In this document: positions 1 to 7,658 of the stretch, one piece after another | How positions within the stretch are numbered: the stretch's first letter is position 1 | Layout: every line of letters begins with the position of its first letter | Origin: Nitrospinaceae bacterium | Lineage (GTDB): Bacteria; Nitrospinota; Nitrospinia; Nitrospinales; VA-1 | Length of the DNA: 12,074 nucleotides | Direction of reading: 5' to 3' | NCBI GenBank assembly: GCA_046754465.1 | Contig: JBHHVU010000077.1 | Coordinates: 1 to 12,074 of the forward strand | Notes under the pieces: model-generated | What the model saw: only the letters and a program-made list of their open reading frames with translations | Database searches by the model: none | Told to the model about the DNA's origin: nothing | Program-made: the position numbers and the translations under genes

Positions 1-9
1 GAAAATGAC

Positions 10-34
10 TTCATGCAGGCTACGCCTGCATGAA
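10..34. repeat. Perfect 11-bp inverted repeat (hairpin); possible terminator of an upstream gene or REP-like element
   Basis: TTCATGCAGGC (10-20), loop TAC, GCCTGCATGAA (24-34). No U-tract on either side, so function is uncertain. Confidence 0.5.
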
Positions 35-84
35 CTGGGGAAACGTTTATCTGTTAACACGGAGCCTGCTAATGGGTGACCCCT

Positions 85-112
85 TTGATCGGGTTTGCAA
101 ACCTGCCATAAT
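85..112 (+). promoter_or_regulatory. Putative sigma70 promoter (extended -10) for hemY/hemG, with an internal palindrome
   Basis: TTGATC (85-90), 16-nt spacer, TG-n-CATAAT (104-112) ending 6 nt before ATG 119. Perfect palindrome GGTTTGCAAACC at 92-103. Confidence 0.45.
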
Positions 113-118
113 GCGGGT

Positions 119-1549
119 ATGAGAAAAATCGTTATCATCGGCGGGGGCATCGCGGGGCTGGCGGCGGCCTACCGCCTGCAAGAAGAGATCACCGCCGGCG
201 CGCCCATGTGCTGCACCCTCCTGGAAGGGTCGGACCGGTTCGGCGGTAAAATCGCCACGGAACGGTTCGATGGATTCGTGGTGGAACGCGGACCGGACTC
301 GTTCATCTCGCAAAAACCCTGGGCGATCGAGTTGTGCCGCAAACTGGAAATCGGCGGCCACCTGGTGGGCACCAACCCGGACCACACCCGCACTTATGTA
401 TACACCGGAGGGAAACTGGTCACCATGCCGGACGGATTGAGTTTGATGATCCCCACGCGGTTCCTTCCCTTCGCCCTGACACCACTGTTCAGCCTGCCGG
501 GAAAAATTCGCATGGGAATGGATTTATTGATCCCCAAAAAACCGGACACCTCCGACGAAAGTCTTGCCTCGTTCGTCCGGCGGAGAATGGGGGAGGAGGC
601 TTTACGAAAAATGGCGGAACCGATGCTGGCGGGGATCTACGCCAGTGACCCGGAAACGATGAGCATCAACAGCACGTTCCCCATGTTTGTGCAGACGGAA
701 CGCAAATACCGTTCGCTCATTCTGGGGATGCTGGCGCGCAAACGTCTGGTGGCCGGCACTGCCGCCCCAAAAAATTCCCAGCCGTATTCGCTGTTCATGA
801 CACTGAAAAACGGGCTGGAGGAGATGGTGGACGCGATCCTCGAAAAATCGCCGGATATCTCTTTCCGGAGCAATGCCAAGGTGGAGTCGGTCTCGCCCAG
901 GGACGGCGCCTGGCGGGTCTCGTTGCGGGAGGGCGAGTCCCTGAACGCCGACGCCATCCTCTTCGCCACGCCGGCGAAAATTTCCGCGCGCCTGCTGGAA
1001 CCTTTCGGACCCCAGGTGGCGGGACTGCTCAACCGCATCCAATACGTCTCCACCGCCACAGCCACCCTGGCCTACCGCAAAGAGGGGTTTTCGCATCCCT
1101 TGAACGGGTTCGGGTTTGTGGTGCCCAGGACGGAGAACCGGAAGATTCTGGCCTGCACCTGGACGTCCTCCAAATTCCCACACCGCGCCCCGGAAGGCCA
1201 TGTGATGCTGCGTTGTTTCGTGGGCGGCGCCCTCCAGGAAGCGTTGGCCGAGCAGGACGAGGAGTCCATCGCCGTCATGGTGAAGAAGGAACTGGCGGAT
1301 ATCATGGGCATCCGCCAGGAGCCGGTGATCTGCAAGGTATTTCACAACATGAAGTCCAATGTGCAGTACCGGGTCGGGCACGCCGAACTGATCGGCTCGG
1401 TGCAAAAGGAGCTGGGCGCCTTCCCCGGTCTGTTTCTTACGGGCAGCGCGTATACGGGAATCGGGATCCCCGACTGCATCCAAAACGGAACCCTCGCCGC
1501 CGGTTCCGCCATTAATTTTCTGGCGGGGAATCCCCCTCAAGGGGTTTAG
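119..1549 (+). CDS. hemY: FAD-dependent protoporphyrinogen/coproporphyrinogen oxidase (HemY family, often annotated hemG)
   Basis: N-terminal FAD motif MRKIVIIGGGIAGLAAA, LLEGSDRFGGKI, ERGPDSF, EPMLAGIYA, GFGFVVP, CTWTSSKFP, C-terminal GSAYTGIGIPDCI. ATG 119 is preferred over TTG 95 because the Rossmann fold starts immediately after it. Confidence 0.93.
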   Translation: MRKIVIIGGGIAGLAAAYRLQEEITAGAPMCCTLLEGSDRFGGKIATERFDGFVVERGPDSFISQKPWAIELCRKLEIGGHLVGTNPDHTRTYVYTGGKLVTMPDGLSLMIPTRFLPFALTPLFSLPGKIRMGMDLLIPKKPDTSDESLASFVRRRMGEEALRKMAEPMLAGIYASDPETMSINSTFPMFVQTERKYRSLILGMLARKRLVAGTAAPKNSQPYSLFMTLKNGLEEMVDAILEKSPDISFRSNAKVESVSPRDGAWRVSLREGESLNADAILFATPAKISARLLEPFGPQVAGLLNRIQYVSTATATLAYRKEGFSHPLNGFGFVVPRTENRKILACTWTSSKFPHRAPEGHVMLRCFVGGALQEALAEQDEESIAVMVKKELADIMGIRQEPVICKVFHNMKSNVQYRVGHAELIGSVQKELGAFPGLFLTGSAYTGIGIPDCIQNGTLAAGSAINFLAGNPPQGV

Positions 1550-1595
1550 CATCTAATTTTCATGATTCCATCCAATGAACCTAAAGGAGTTTGCA

Positions 1596-2795
1596 ATGAA
1601 ATGGGCTTCGGCTATTTCAACCCAGGATAATATAGAAGCATGCGTGGAAGAAACCTCCAGAATCGTCCTGGATCAACTGGGCGGCAACGAAGCTCATCTG
1701 ACGGTGATTTTTGTGTCCCCCGACTTCAAGGAAAATTATAAGCGGATTCCCGAATTGATCCGGCAAAGGATGGACCCGGGGACCCTGCTCGGCTGTTCCG
1801 GCGGTGGCATCATCGGCGCGGGTCATGAGGTGGAACAGCAACCCGCCTTCAGCATGACAGCCGGCCACTTGCCGGGCGTTTCCGTTCAACCCATTTATTC
1901 CGACACCATGAATTTGCCGGATCAGGATACGGGGCCGGGCGTCTGGCGAGAATGGCTGGGGGTCAAGGTGGAAGACCGGCCGCATTTTATTTTCCTGGCC
2001 GATCCCTTTTCGTTTCGCGGGGAGGAGTTTCTTTCCGGGGTCGACTTCGCCTACGCCAACAGCAGGAAGGTGGGGGGCCTGGCCAGCGGCGCTCAATCCC
2101 ATGGCGGTAACGCGCTCTACCTGCAAGACAAGGTTTATGCCAATGGATTGGTGGGGGTCGCCTTGAGCGGCCAAATCGTGGTGGACACCATCGTCGCCCA
2201 GGGCTGCCGGCCCATCGGCACCGCCATGAAAATCACCAAGTGCAACAACAACCTGCTCGTGGAACTCGAGGGCACCCCCCCCATGGACGTGTTGCAGGAA
2301 ATCAACGAAACACTCAGCGAAAACGATCGCCGGTTGATGCAGACTTCCTTGTTCCTGGGGATCGAGATGAACCCTCTCAAGGATGATCCCAAGCAAGGGG
2401 ATTTCCTCATCCGCAACCTCATGGGGGTGGTGCGCGATACCCGCGCCCTGGCCATCGGGTCTCTTTTGAGGGAAGGCCAACTGGTCCAGTTTCACCTGCG
2501 CGATAAGGAAATGTCGGCGGAAGATCTCGACCTGCTCCTCACCCGGTACCATTCCGGGGGCAAGGCGGACGATGCCTGCGGGGCGTTGTTGTTCTCCTGC
2601 CTGGGACGGGGAAAGTACCTGTACGGCAAACCCGACCACGATACGGATATGTTCAAGAACAAACTGGGCGAGATCCCGCTGGGCGGGTTCTTCTGCAATG
2701 GCGAAATCGGTCCGGTGGGAGATACCACGTTCCTGCACGGATATACCAGCTCCTTCGGAATCTTCCGCCCCCCGCCAAGCGGGGAGGGAGATTAA
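1596..2795 (+). CDS. FIST N/C-domain small-ligand-binding protein (NosP-related fold)
   Basis: Motifs LLGCSGGGIIG, FLADPF, GGLASG, VAQGCRPIG, FLIRNL, QFHLRD, LLFSCLGRG, GGFFCNGEIGP, FLHGYT. AAGGAG at 1584-1589 supports ATG 1596 rather than 1575. Confidence 0.88.
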   Translation: MKWASAISTQDNIEACVEETSRIVLDQLGGNEAHLTVIFVSPDFKENYKRIPELIRQRMDPGTLLGCSGGGIIGAGHEVEQQPAFSMTAGHLPGVSVQPIYSDTMNLPDQDTGPGVWREWLGVKVEDRPHFIFLADPFSFRGEEFLSGVDFAYANSRKVGGLASGAQSHGGNALYLQDKVYANGLVGVALSGQIVVDTIVAQGCRPIGTAMKITKCNNNLLVELEGTPPMDVLQEINETLSENDRRLMQTSLFLGIEMNPLKDDPKQGDFLIRNLMGVVRDTRALAIGSLLREGQLVQFHLRDKEMSAEDLDLLLTRYHSGGKADDACGALLFSCLGRGKYLYGKPDHDTDMFKNKLGEIPLGGFFCNGEIGPVGDTTFLHGYTSSFGIFRPPPSGEGD

Positions 2796-2868
2796 AATCC
2801 CCCTAACCCCCTTTAAAAAGGGGGAATATGGTGGCTCCCCCTTCCCGGAAGGGGGCCGGGGGGATTTT
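2794..2868. repeat. Y-shaped (three-way junction) REP-like small dispersed repeat
   Basis: Outer stem AAAATCCCCC (2794-2803) / GGGGGATTTT (2859-2868). Inner hairpins CCCCCTTT-AA-AAAGGGGG (2807-2824) and CCCCCTTC-CCG-GAAGGGGG (2837-2855). Confidence 0.8.
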
Positions 2869-3084
2869 CTCGCGGACTCTTTTAAATCAAAACCCAGGCA
2901 TCGACTTATAATTTTTTTAAAAAAAAACTCTTATGCAAAGGTCTCTCGGGGCGAGGAATAGGGTCAGGGCTTGGTAGGCATTCAATCAGGTTGGACCATA
3001 AAATTCATGTAAAATTGCCCGCGGGGGCCGGGTCTCAACAATTTAAGGGATAAAAACTTGTCAACTGGAAGGGGAGAAAACGTT

Positions 3085-3354
3085 ATGGCTGTGGAAGTGA
3101 CTGTTTCGACAACGCCCAATGAAAACGCGATGAAGTACACTCTGAATCGGAACGCGATCGATTCGGGATACAAAACCTATAAAAATCCCCAGGAAGCGGA
3201 AGAGTCGCCGGTGGCCAAGGCCTTGTTCGCTATCGAGGGGGTCGATCAGGTGTTTCTGATGGCAGATTTCGTCACGGTCACCAAAAACCCCGGGGCCAAT
3301 TGGGCGGCGTTGGAGGAGCCTATCCTGCAAGCCATCAAATCTTCCTACCCCTAG
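3085..3354 (+). CDS. Stand-alone Nfu/NifU N-terminal (scaffold) domain protein, no cysteines
   Basis: TPNENAMKY, SPVAKALFAIEGVDQVFLMADFVTVTK...W match the Nfu_N pattern. GGGGAG at 3071-3076 supports ATG 3085. Confidence 0.85.
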   Translation: MAVEVTVSTTPNENAMKYTLNRNAIDSGYKTYKNPQEAEESPVAKALFAIEGVDQVFLMADFVTVTKNPGANWAALEEPILQAIKSSYP

Positions 3355-3376
3355 TTTTTGATATCGAGGATGCCGC

Positions 3377-4132
3377 GTGAAAGTCACGATACTCGGTTCG
3401 GGCACGGTGGTGCCGTCGTTGCGGCGGAATTCCTCGGGGATTCTGATTGAGAACGGAGCCACCCGTTCCCTGGTCGATATGGGTTATGGAACCCTCCACC
3501 AATTGTTGCGGCTGGGGTGGACCTATCATGATATCGACCGCATCTATTTCACGCACAACCATCCCGACCACATGTGCGATCTCGTCCCTTTCCTGTTCAC
3601 CTGCCGGTATCATTTGGATCCCCGCGAAAAACCCCTGGAGATCGTGGCCGGTCCCGGCTTTCGGGAATTTTTCGATAATCTTGTGGCGGCGTACAAGCGA
3701 TGGCTGGTCCCGGTCACCTACGACCTTCGGATCATCGAGCAGGACGAGGAAACCCGTGAATACGACGGACTCACCGTGACGGCGCGGAAGGTGAAACACC
3801 TGGCCATCAGCCGCGGTTACCGGATGCGCGATGGACGGGGAAAAACCGTCGCCCTCTCCGGCGACACGGACTACTGCCAGGGCATGATCGAGTTGGGAAA
3901 GGACGCCGACCTCATGGTCCTCGAATGCGCGTTTCCCGATGACATGAAAGTGGAAGGTCACCTGACGCCCAAGCTGGCGGCCAAACTGGCACGGGAAACC
4001 GGGTGCAAAAAACTGTGCCTCACTCATTTTTATCCGCCCTGCGATCTCGGCCGGTTTCGCGAGACCGTGGGCCGGGAGTACCCGGGTGAACTGGTCCTCG
4101 CCGAGGACCTCCTGCAATTCGATCTTGAATAA
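3377..4132 (+). CDS. MBL-fold metallo-hydrolase, RNase Z/BN-like, lacking the flexible arm
   Basis: MKVTILGSG, PSLRRNSS, LVDMG, THNHPDH (HxHxDH), VKH, SGDT, LEC, GHLTP, LTHFY. GAGGA SD before GTG 3377; 22 nt downstream of the Nfu_N gene. Confidence 0.85.
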   Translation: MKVTILGSGTVVPSLRRNSSGILIENGATRSLVDMGYGTLHQLLRLGWTYHDIDRIYFTHNHPDHMCDLVPFLFTCRYHLDPREKPLEIVAGPGFREFFDNLVAAYKRWLVPVTYDLRIIEQDEETREYDGLTVTARKVKHLAISRGYRMRDGRGKTVALSGDTDYCQGMIELGKDADLMVLECAFPDDMKVEGHLTPKLAAKLARETGCKKLCLTHFYPPCDLGRFRETVGREYPGELVLAEDLLQFDLE

Positions 4133-4165
4133 TATCGTCCGGCGCCGGAACCGGTTTTGACCGGG

Positions 4166-4194
4166 AAAAGGGCCGGGTTGCGTCTGGCCCGGCC
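4166..4194 (-). terminator. Putative intrinsic terminator between the convergent MBL hydrolase and phnE genes
   Basis: Stem GGCCGGG (4171-4177) / CCCGGCC (4188-4194), followed on the minus strand by CTTTT. Additional palindromes TCCGGCGCCGGA (4138-4149) and CCGGT-TTTG-ACCGG (4151-4164) lie adjacent. Confidence 0.45.
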
Positions 4195-4207
4195 ACGCGG
4201 CGAGGGG

Positions 4208-5380
4208 TCATTGGGTGATTTTTTCCCGGATCCTGGCGCTGAGGGTGTCGAGGGTGATGACGACACAGGCGATCGCAAGAAGGGCCGTTCCCGCCTGGTT
4301 GTATTGAAGCAGGTTGATCCATTGTTGCAGGAGGAACCCGATCCCTCCCCCGCCCACGAATCCGATGATGGTCGACATCCGCACGTTGATGTCCCAGCGG
4401 TAAAAACTCAATGCCAGAAACTGCGGGACCACCTGCGGGACCACGGCGTAAAGGACCACCTGCATGGGGTTGGCCCCGGTCGCGGTGATCGCTTCCACCG
4501 GGCCCGAGTCGATGCTTTCGATCTGTTCGGAAAACAGTTTCCCCAGGGCAGCGGTGGAGTGGACGCCGAGGGCGAGAACCCCGGCGAAGGGTCCGATGCC
4601 TACCCAGACTGCGAACAGGATCGCCATGATCAGCGGTTCGATCGAGCGCAATACATTGAACACGGTCCGGACGAGGTAATACACGGTGGTGCCGGGCAGA
4701 TGGCGGGTCATCAGGTTGCGCGCACCCAGGAAACTGAGCGGCGCGGCCACCACGATCGCCAGCGTCGTCGCCATCAACGCCAGAAACAGCGTCTCGACCA
4801 TTTTCCCGGCGGCCAGTTTTAGGGTATGACTCATCCGCCACCCGCCGGTTTTCCAGGTGAGCGTTGCCCGCACGGTCTGGTCCTCTCCTCGCGCGATTTC
4901 CGGGACAACGATTTGCCGGGAGAAGCTTCCCCGGACGTCCGTCTCAAAAGCGCCGAGGGGAAACTCCTGCTCGATCGCGTTCACCCAGAACAGTTGGCCC
5001 CGGCGCCGCGGGGGAAGATCCTTCCCCATCACCGTGAGCCGGTCTCCGATCCTGCCCGAGGGGGCGGACAGGGCCAATTTAGAGTGGTTGCCGGGCGAAG
5101 GCGGGGCGGGCCGAGGGAAATCGGAGGGTCCGGTCAAACGGAACCGGGCTTCCACGGTCAACGATTCGGTGTTGGGGATGAAAAGGTCGGGGTGCAGAAG
5201 GTCGCGCACCAGCGGTTTTACCAGATGGACGTCGCGAACCAGCTCCCCCAGATCGATTTCGGTCACCCGCCATCCATAACCGTAGACCGCCATCACCAGC
5301 AGGGCGAACACCAGAAACCGGGTTCGGGCGTAAAAGGGACGCGGGTCTTTGCCGAGTGCGTTTTTGCCGGGATCGGTCAT
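4208..5380 (-). CDS. phnE: PhnE/PtxC-family ABC transporter permease with a ~120-aa extracytoplasmic insert
   Basis: METLxxA-like MVETLFLALMAT, FLGARN, RSIEPLIMAILF, GIGPFAGVLAL, GKLFSEQIE, EAA loop GPVEAITATGAN, YRWDINVRMSTIIGFVGGGGIG. Confidence 0.85.
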   Translation of the reverse strand: MTDPGKNALGKDPRPFYARTRFLVFALLVMAVYGYGWRVTEIDLGELVRDVHLVKPLVRDLLHPDLFIPNTESLTVEARFRLTGPSDFPRPAPPSPGNHSKLALSAPSGRIGDRLTVMGKDLPPRRRGQLFWVNAIEQEFPLGAFETDVRGSFSRQIVVPEIARGEDQTVRATLTWKTGGWRMSHTLKLAAGKMVETLFLALMATTLAIVVAAPLSFLGARNLMTRHLPGTTVYYLVRTVFNVLRSIEPLIMAILFAVWVGIGPFAGVLALGVHSTAALGKLFSEQIESIDSGPVEAITATGANPMQVVLYAVVPQVVPQFLALSFYRWDINVRMSTIIGFVGGGGIGFLLQQWINLLQYNQAGTALLAIACVVITLDTLSARIREKITQ

Positions 5381-5506
5381 GGAAGGGGACGGTGGGTTCG
5401 GAGAGTGGTTTGCCGGTCTTTGGGGTTTGGTGTTGAAGGAACGTCCACGGGATCCTGGGAATCCGGTTTCCCCGCGGATTCGGGAGGCGGGGCCTTGCCG
5501 GGCCGG

Positions 5507-6409
5507 TTAATTTTTCTTAAGAAAACTCAAATTGTGTCGCACCTGTTTCAGTTTTGGATTGATCTCCAGGGCTTTCTCATAATATTCAATCGCTGTCTCA
5601 TTCTTCCCCAGCTTCTGGTAACACCAAGCGAGATTGGCGTAAGCCTGGGCGAAACGCGGTGAGATCTTCAGCGCTTTCTGAAATGCACCGATCGCGTCTT
5701 GACACCGATTCAACTGGGCGTAGGCGGTCCCGAGGTTGTATTGCGGCTCGGGAAAATGGGGTACCCGCTTGATGACCTCTTTCAAGGGATCCACCGCTTC
5801 CCTGTAACGGCCGAGGGCGAGGTAGGCCTCACCCAGATTCCTGAAATCTTCCGGATTATTGGATTTGAGTTCGATGGCCTTCAGGAGCGGATCGATGGAT
5901 TCTTTATATCTTTCCAATCGGTGGAGGACGGACCCCAGGAGGGAATAATAATAAGGGTCATTGGGTTTTTCCTGGATGAGCGTCTCAAGCGGATCAATTA
6001 TTTCCTCATATTTGCCGAGGTTTTCATAAGAAATCACCAGGTTGATTCTGGCCTCCACCAGTTCAGGGTCCAGTTCGAGCGCCCTGCGGGCCTCGGCAAT
6101 GGCATCGTCGAACTTTCGCAAGCTGGCATACACCAGGCCCAGGTAGTGGTGGGCCTTGGCGCTCCCGGGTTTGAGCTGAATCGCGGTTTTCAGGGGCCTT
6201 ACGGCACTCTTATATCTTCCCGCCCCGGAATATACCACTCCCAGATTGTAGTGGGCTTGAAAATTGCCCGGGTGTTTCCGTATTTCTTCCCGGTATTGCC
6301 GGATTTGGTTCTCCATGACGGAGATACGGTTGGAACCGGCCGCCGCCCCCACAGGTTTCCATAAAAGAAAACCCATGACCATGAGAAGCAACAAGCAGAC
6401 CCTTGGCAT
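5507..6409 (-). CDS. Exported tetratricopeptide-repeat protein (~7-8 TPRs)
   Basis: Signal-peptide-like N-terminus (MPRVCLLLLMVMGFLLWKPVGAAA). 34-aa periodic motifs AHYNLG, AHHYLG, ARINL, YYSLLG, DFRNLG, PQYNLG, AYANLA. Strong SD GAGGAGG just upstream of the ATG. Confidence 0.88.
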   Translation of the reverse strand: MPRVCLLLLMVMGFLLWKPVGAAAGSNRISVMENQIRQYREEIRKHPGNFQAHYNLGVVYSGAGRYKSAVRPLKTAIQLKPGSAKAHHYLGLVYASLRKFDDAIAEARRALELDPELVEARINLVISYENLGKYEEIIDPLETLIQEKPNDPYYYSLLGSVLHRLERYKESIDPLLKAIELKSNNPEDFRNLGEAYLALGRYREAVDPLKEVIKRVPHFPEPQYNLGTAYAQLNRCQDAIGAFQKALKISPRFAQAYANLAWCYQKLGKNETAIEYYEKALEINPKLKQVRHNLSFLKKN

Positions 6410-6452
6410 GGCACCTCCTCTTGTCGATTAGGGTTAAAGCTGTATATCCTCA

Positions 6453-6481
6453 ATTTTAAGACGAGGAGGGAGATAGGTCAA
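6453..6481 (-). promoter_or_regulatory. Putative sigma70 promoter for the TPR(-phnE) unit
   Basis: Minus strand TTGACC (6481-6476), 17 nt, TAAAAT (6458-6453), about 45 nt upstream of the TPR ATG. Confidence 0.65.
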
Positions 6482-6538
6482 TCTAAACCGCCTATCGATC
6501 TGGGTCCGCCCCCCCCTACGCGGGAGGGAGATGGGTCA
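6465..6538. repeat. 16-bp direct repeat, two copies with one mismatch
   Basis: GGAGGGAGATAGGTCA (6465-6480) and GGAGGGAGATGGGTCA (6523-6538). Confidence 0.6.
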
Positions 6539-6598
6539 GGATGAGGCGTAAACAGGAAACACGGTCCAATCAAGCGAAGTTTTTTGAGTAGCGGGCAA

Positions 6599-6635
6599 GA
6601 GGGGACTTGACCCCTCACAACCCTCACGCCCTCAC
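6599..6635 (-). other. Hairpin plus short CCCTCAC tandem repeat downstream of mdh; possible weak terminator
   Basis: GAGGGG-ACTTGA-CCCCTC (6599-6616). CCCTCAC x3 at 6612, 6621, 6629. Only TT follows the stem on the minus strand. Confidence 0.35.
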
Positions 6636-6659
6636 GACCCACCAGGTCCTTGGGAGGGA

Positions 6660-7616
6660 CTAGACTTTGGCGGTGGCCAGGAGGTTATCCACCTCGTCGC
6701 AGGTTTTCTTGACTTCTTCCGCCGATTTGTTCAAGGCGGCGGTTTCTTCTTCGGTGAGTTTCAGTTGGATGATTTTCTCCATTCCGTAGATGCCCATTTT
6801 GACGGGTACGCCGAAAAAGATGTTGCTCCAGCCGTATTCTCCCTCGAGAAAGGCGGTGCAGGGAAGGATTCTTTTTTTATCGTGGAGGATCCCCTCGATC
6901 ATTTTGACCACCGAGGCGCCGGGGGCCATGAAGGCGCTGCCATTTTTCAGCAGCTGGACGATTTCCGCCCCCCCTTTGCGGGTTCGCTCCACGATGCGTT
7001 CGATCTGCTCGGGCTCCATGAGTTCGGTGATGGGGATCCCCGAAACGGTGGTGTAACGGGGCAGGGGCACCATGGAATCGCCGTGTCCGCCAAGCACCAT
7101 GGCGTCAACATCCACCAGGGAGACATCCAGCTCCAGGGACACGAAGGTTCGCAGCCGGGCGGAATCCAATACCCCCGCCATGCCGACGATCCGGTGTTTG
7201 GGCAGGTTGGAAATTTTCTTGGCCAGATACACCATCGCGTCGAGCGGATTGGAAACCACGATAATGATGGGATTGGATGAATAATTCATGATTTGCTCGG
7301 TCACCGATTTGACGATCTTGGCGTTAATGGCGAGAAGGTCTTCCCGGCTTTGCCCGGGTTTTCGGGGCAGTCCGGCGGTAATCACCACGATATCCGAATC
7401 CGCCGTATCGCGATAGTCGTTGGTCCCCACGATGATACTATCGAAGACCTGCAGGCAGCCGGATTCCTGGAGGTCCAGCGCCTTTCCCTGGGGAACCCCG
7501 TCCACGATATCGATGAGGACGACATTGCCGAGGTTTTTATAGGCCGTCAACTGGGCCACGGTGGACCCCACCTGTCCTGCTCCTACCACCGTAATTTTCT
7601 TCCGCGCCGAGTTCAT
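6660..7616 (-). CDS. mdh: Malate dehydrogenase (LDH-like, NAD-dependent)
   Basis: [27 protein letters not shown] (Arg in the specificity loop indicates MDH rather than LDH), NPLD, LDSAR, GGHGD. AAGGAG SD upstream. Confidence 0.96.
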   Translation of the reverse strand: MNSARKKITVVGAGQVGSTVAQLTAYKNLGNVVLIDIVDGVPQGKALDLQESGCLQVFDSIIVGTNDYRDTADSDIVVITAGLPRKPGQSREDLLAINAKIVKSVTEQIMNYSSNPIIIVVSNPLDAMVYLAKKISNLPKHRIVGMAGVLDSARLRTFVSLELDVSLVDVDAMVLGGHGDSMVPLPRYTTVSGIPITELMEPEQIERIVERTRKGGAEIVQLLKNGSAFMAPGASVVKMIEGILHDKKRILPCTAFLEGEYGWSNIFFGVPVKMGIYGMEKIIQLKLTEEETAALNKSAEEVKKTCDEVDNLLATAKV

Positions 7617-7658
7617 GGTTTCAGTCTACTCCTTAGAAAGAAGGTGATGGGATTGTTT

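Noticed and set aside
47..2738. Long antisense or alternate-frame ORFs over hemY and FIST (e.g. 602-1552, 1617-2738)
   Set aside because: Shadow ORFs of GC-rich coding sequence with no recognisable motifs, fully overlapping confident genes.
2907..2927. TATAAT followed by a T7-A9 tract as promoter for the Nfu_N operon
   Set aside because: No correctly spaced -35 or TG extension, and it lies about 170 nt from the start. Possible but not supportable.
2572..2961. 129-aa ORF crossing the FIST end and the Y repeat
   Set aside because: Overlaps FIST out of frame, and its distinctive segment (IPLTPFKKGE...) is only the translated repeat.
3377..4132. Calling the MBL hydrolase rnz or phnP
   Set aside because: It lacks the RNase Z flexible arm and the N-terminal Cys motif typical of PhnP, so no gene symbol was assigned.
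2794..6636. CRISPR array or IS element from the intergenic repeats
   Set aside because: No regularly spaced repeat-spacer units and no transposase or cas ORFs.
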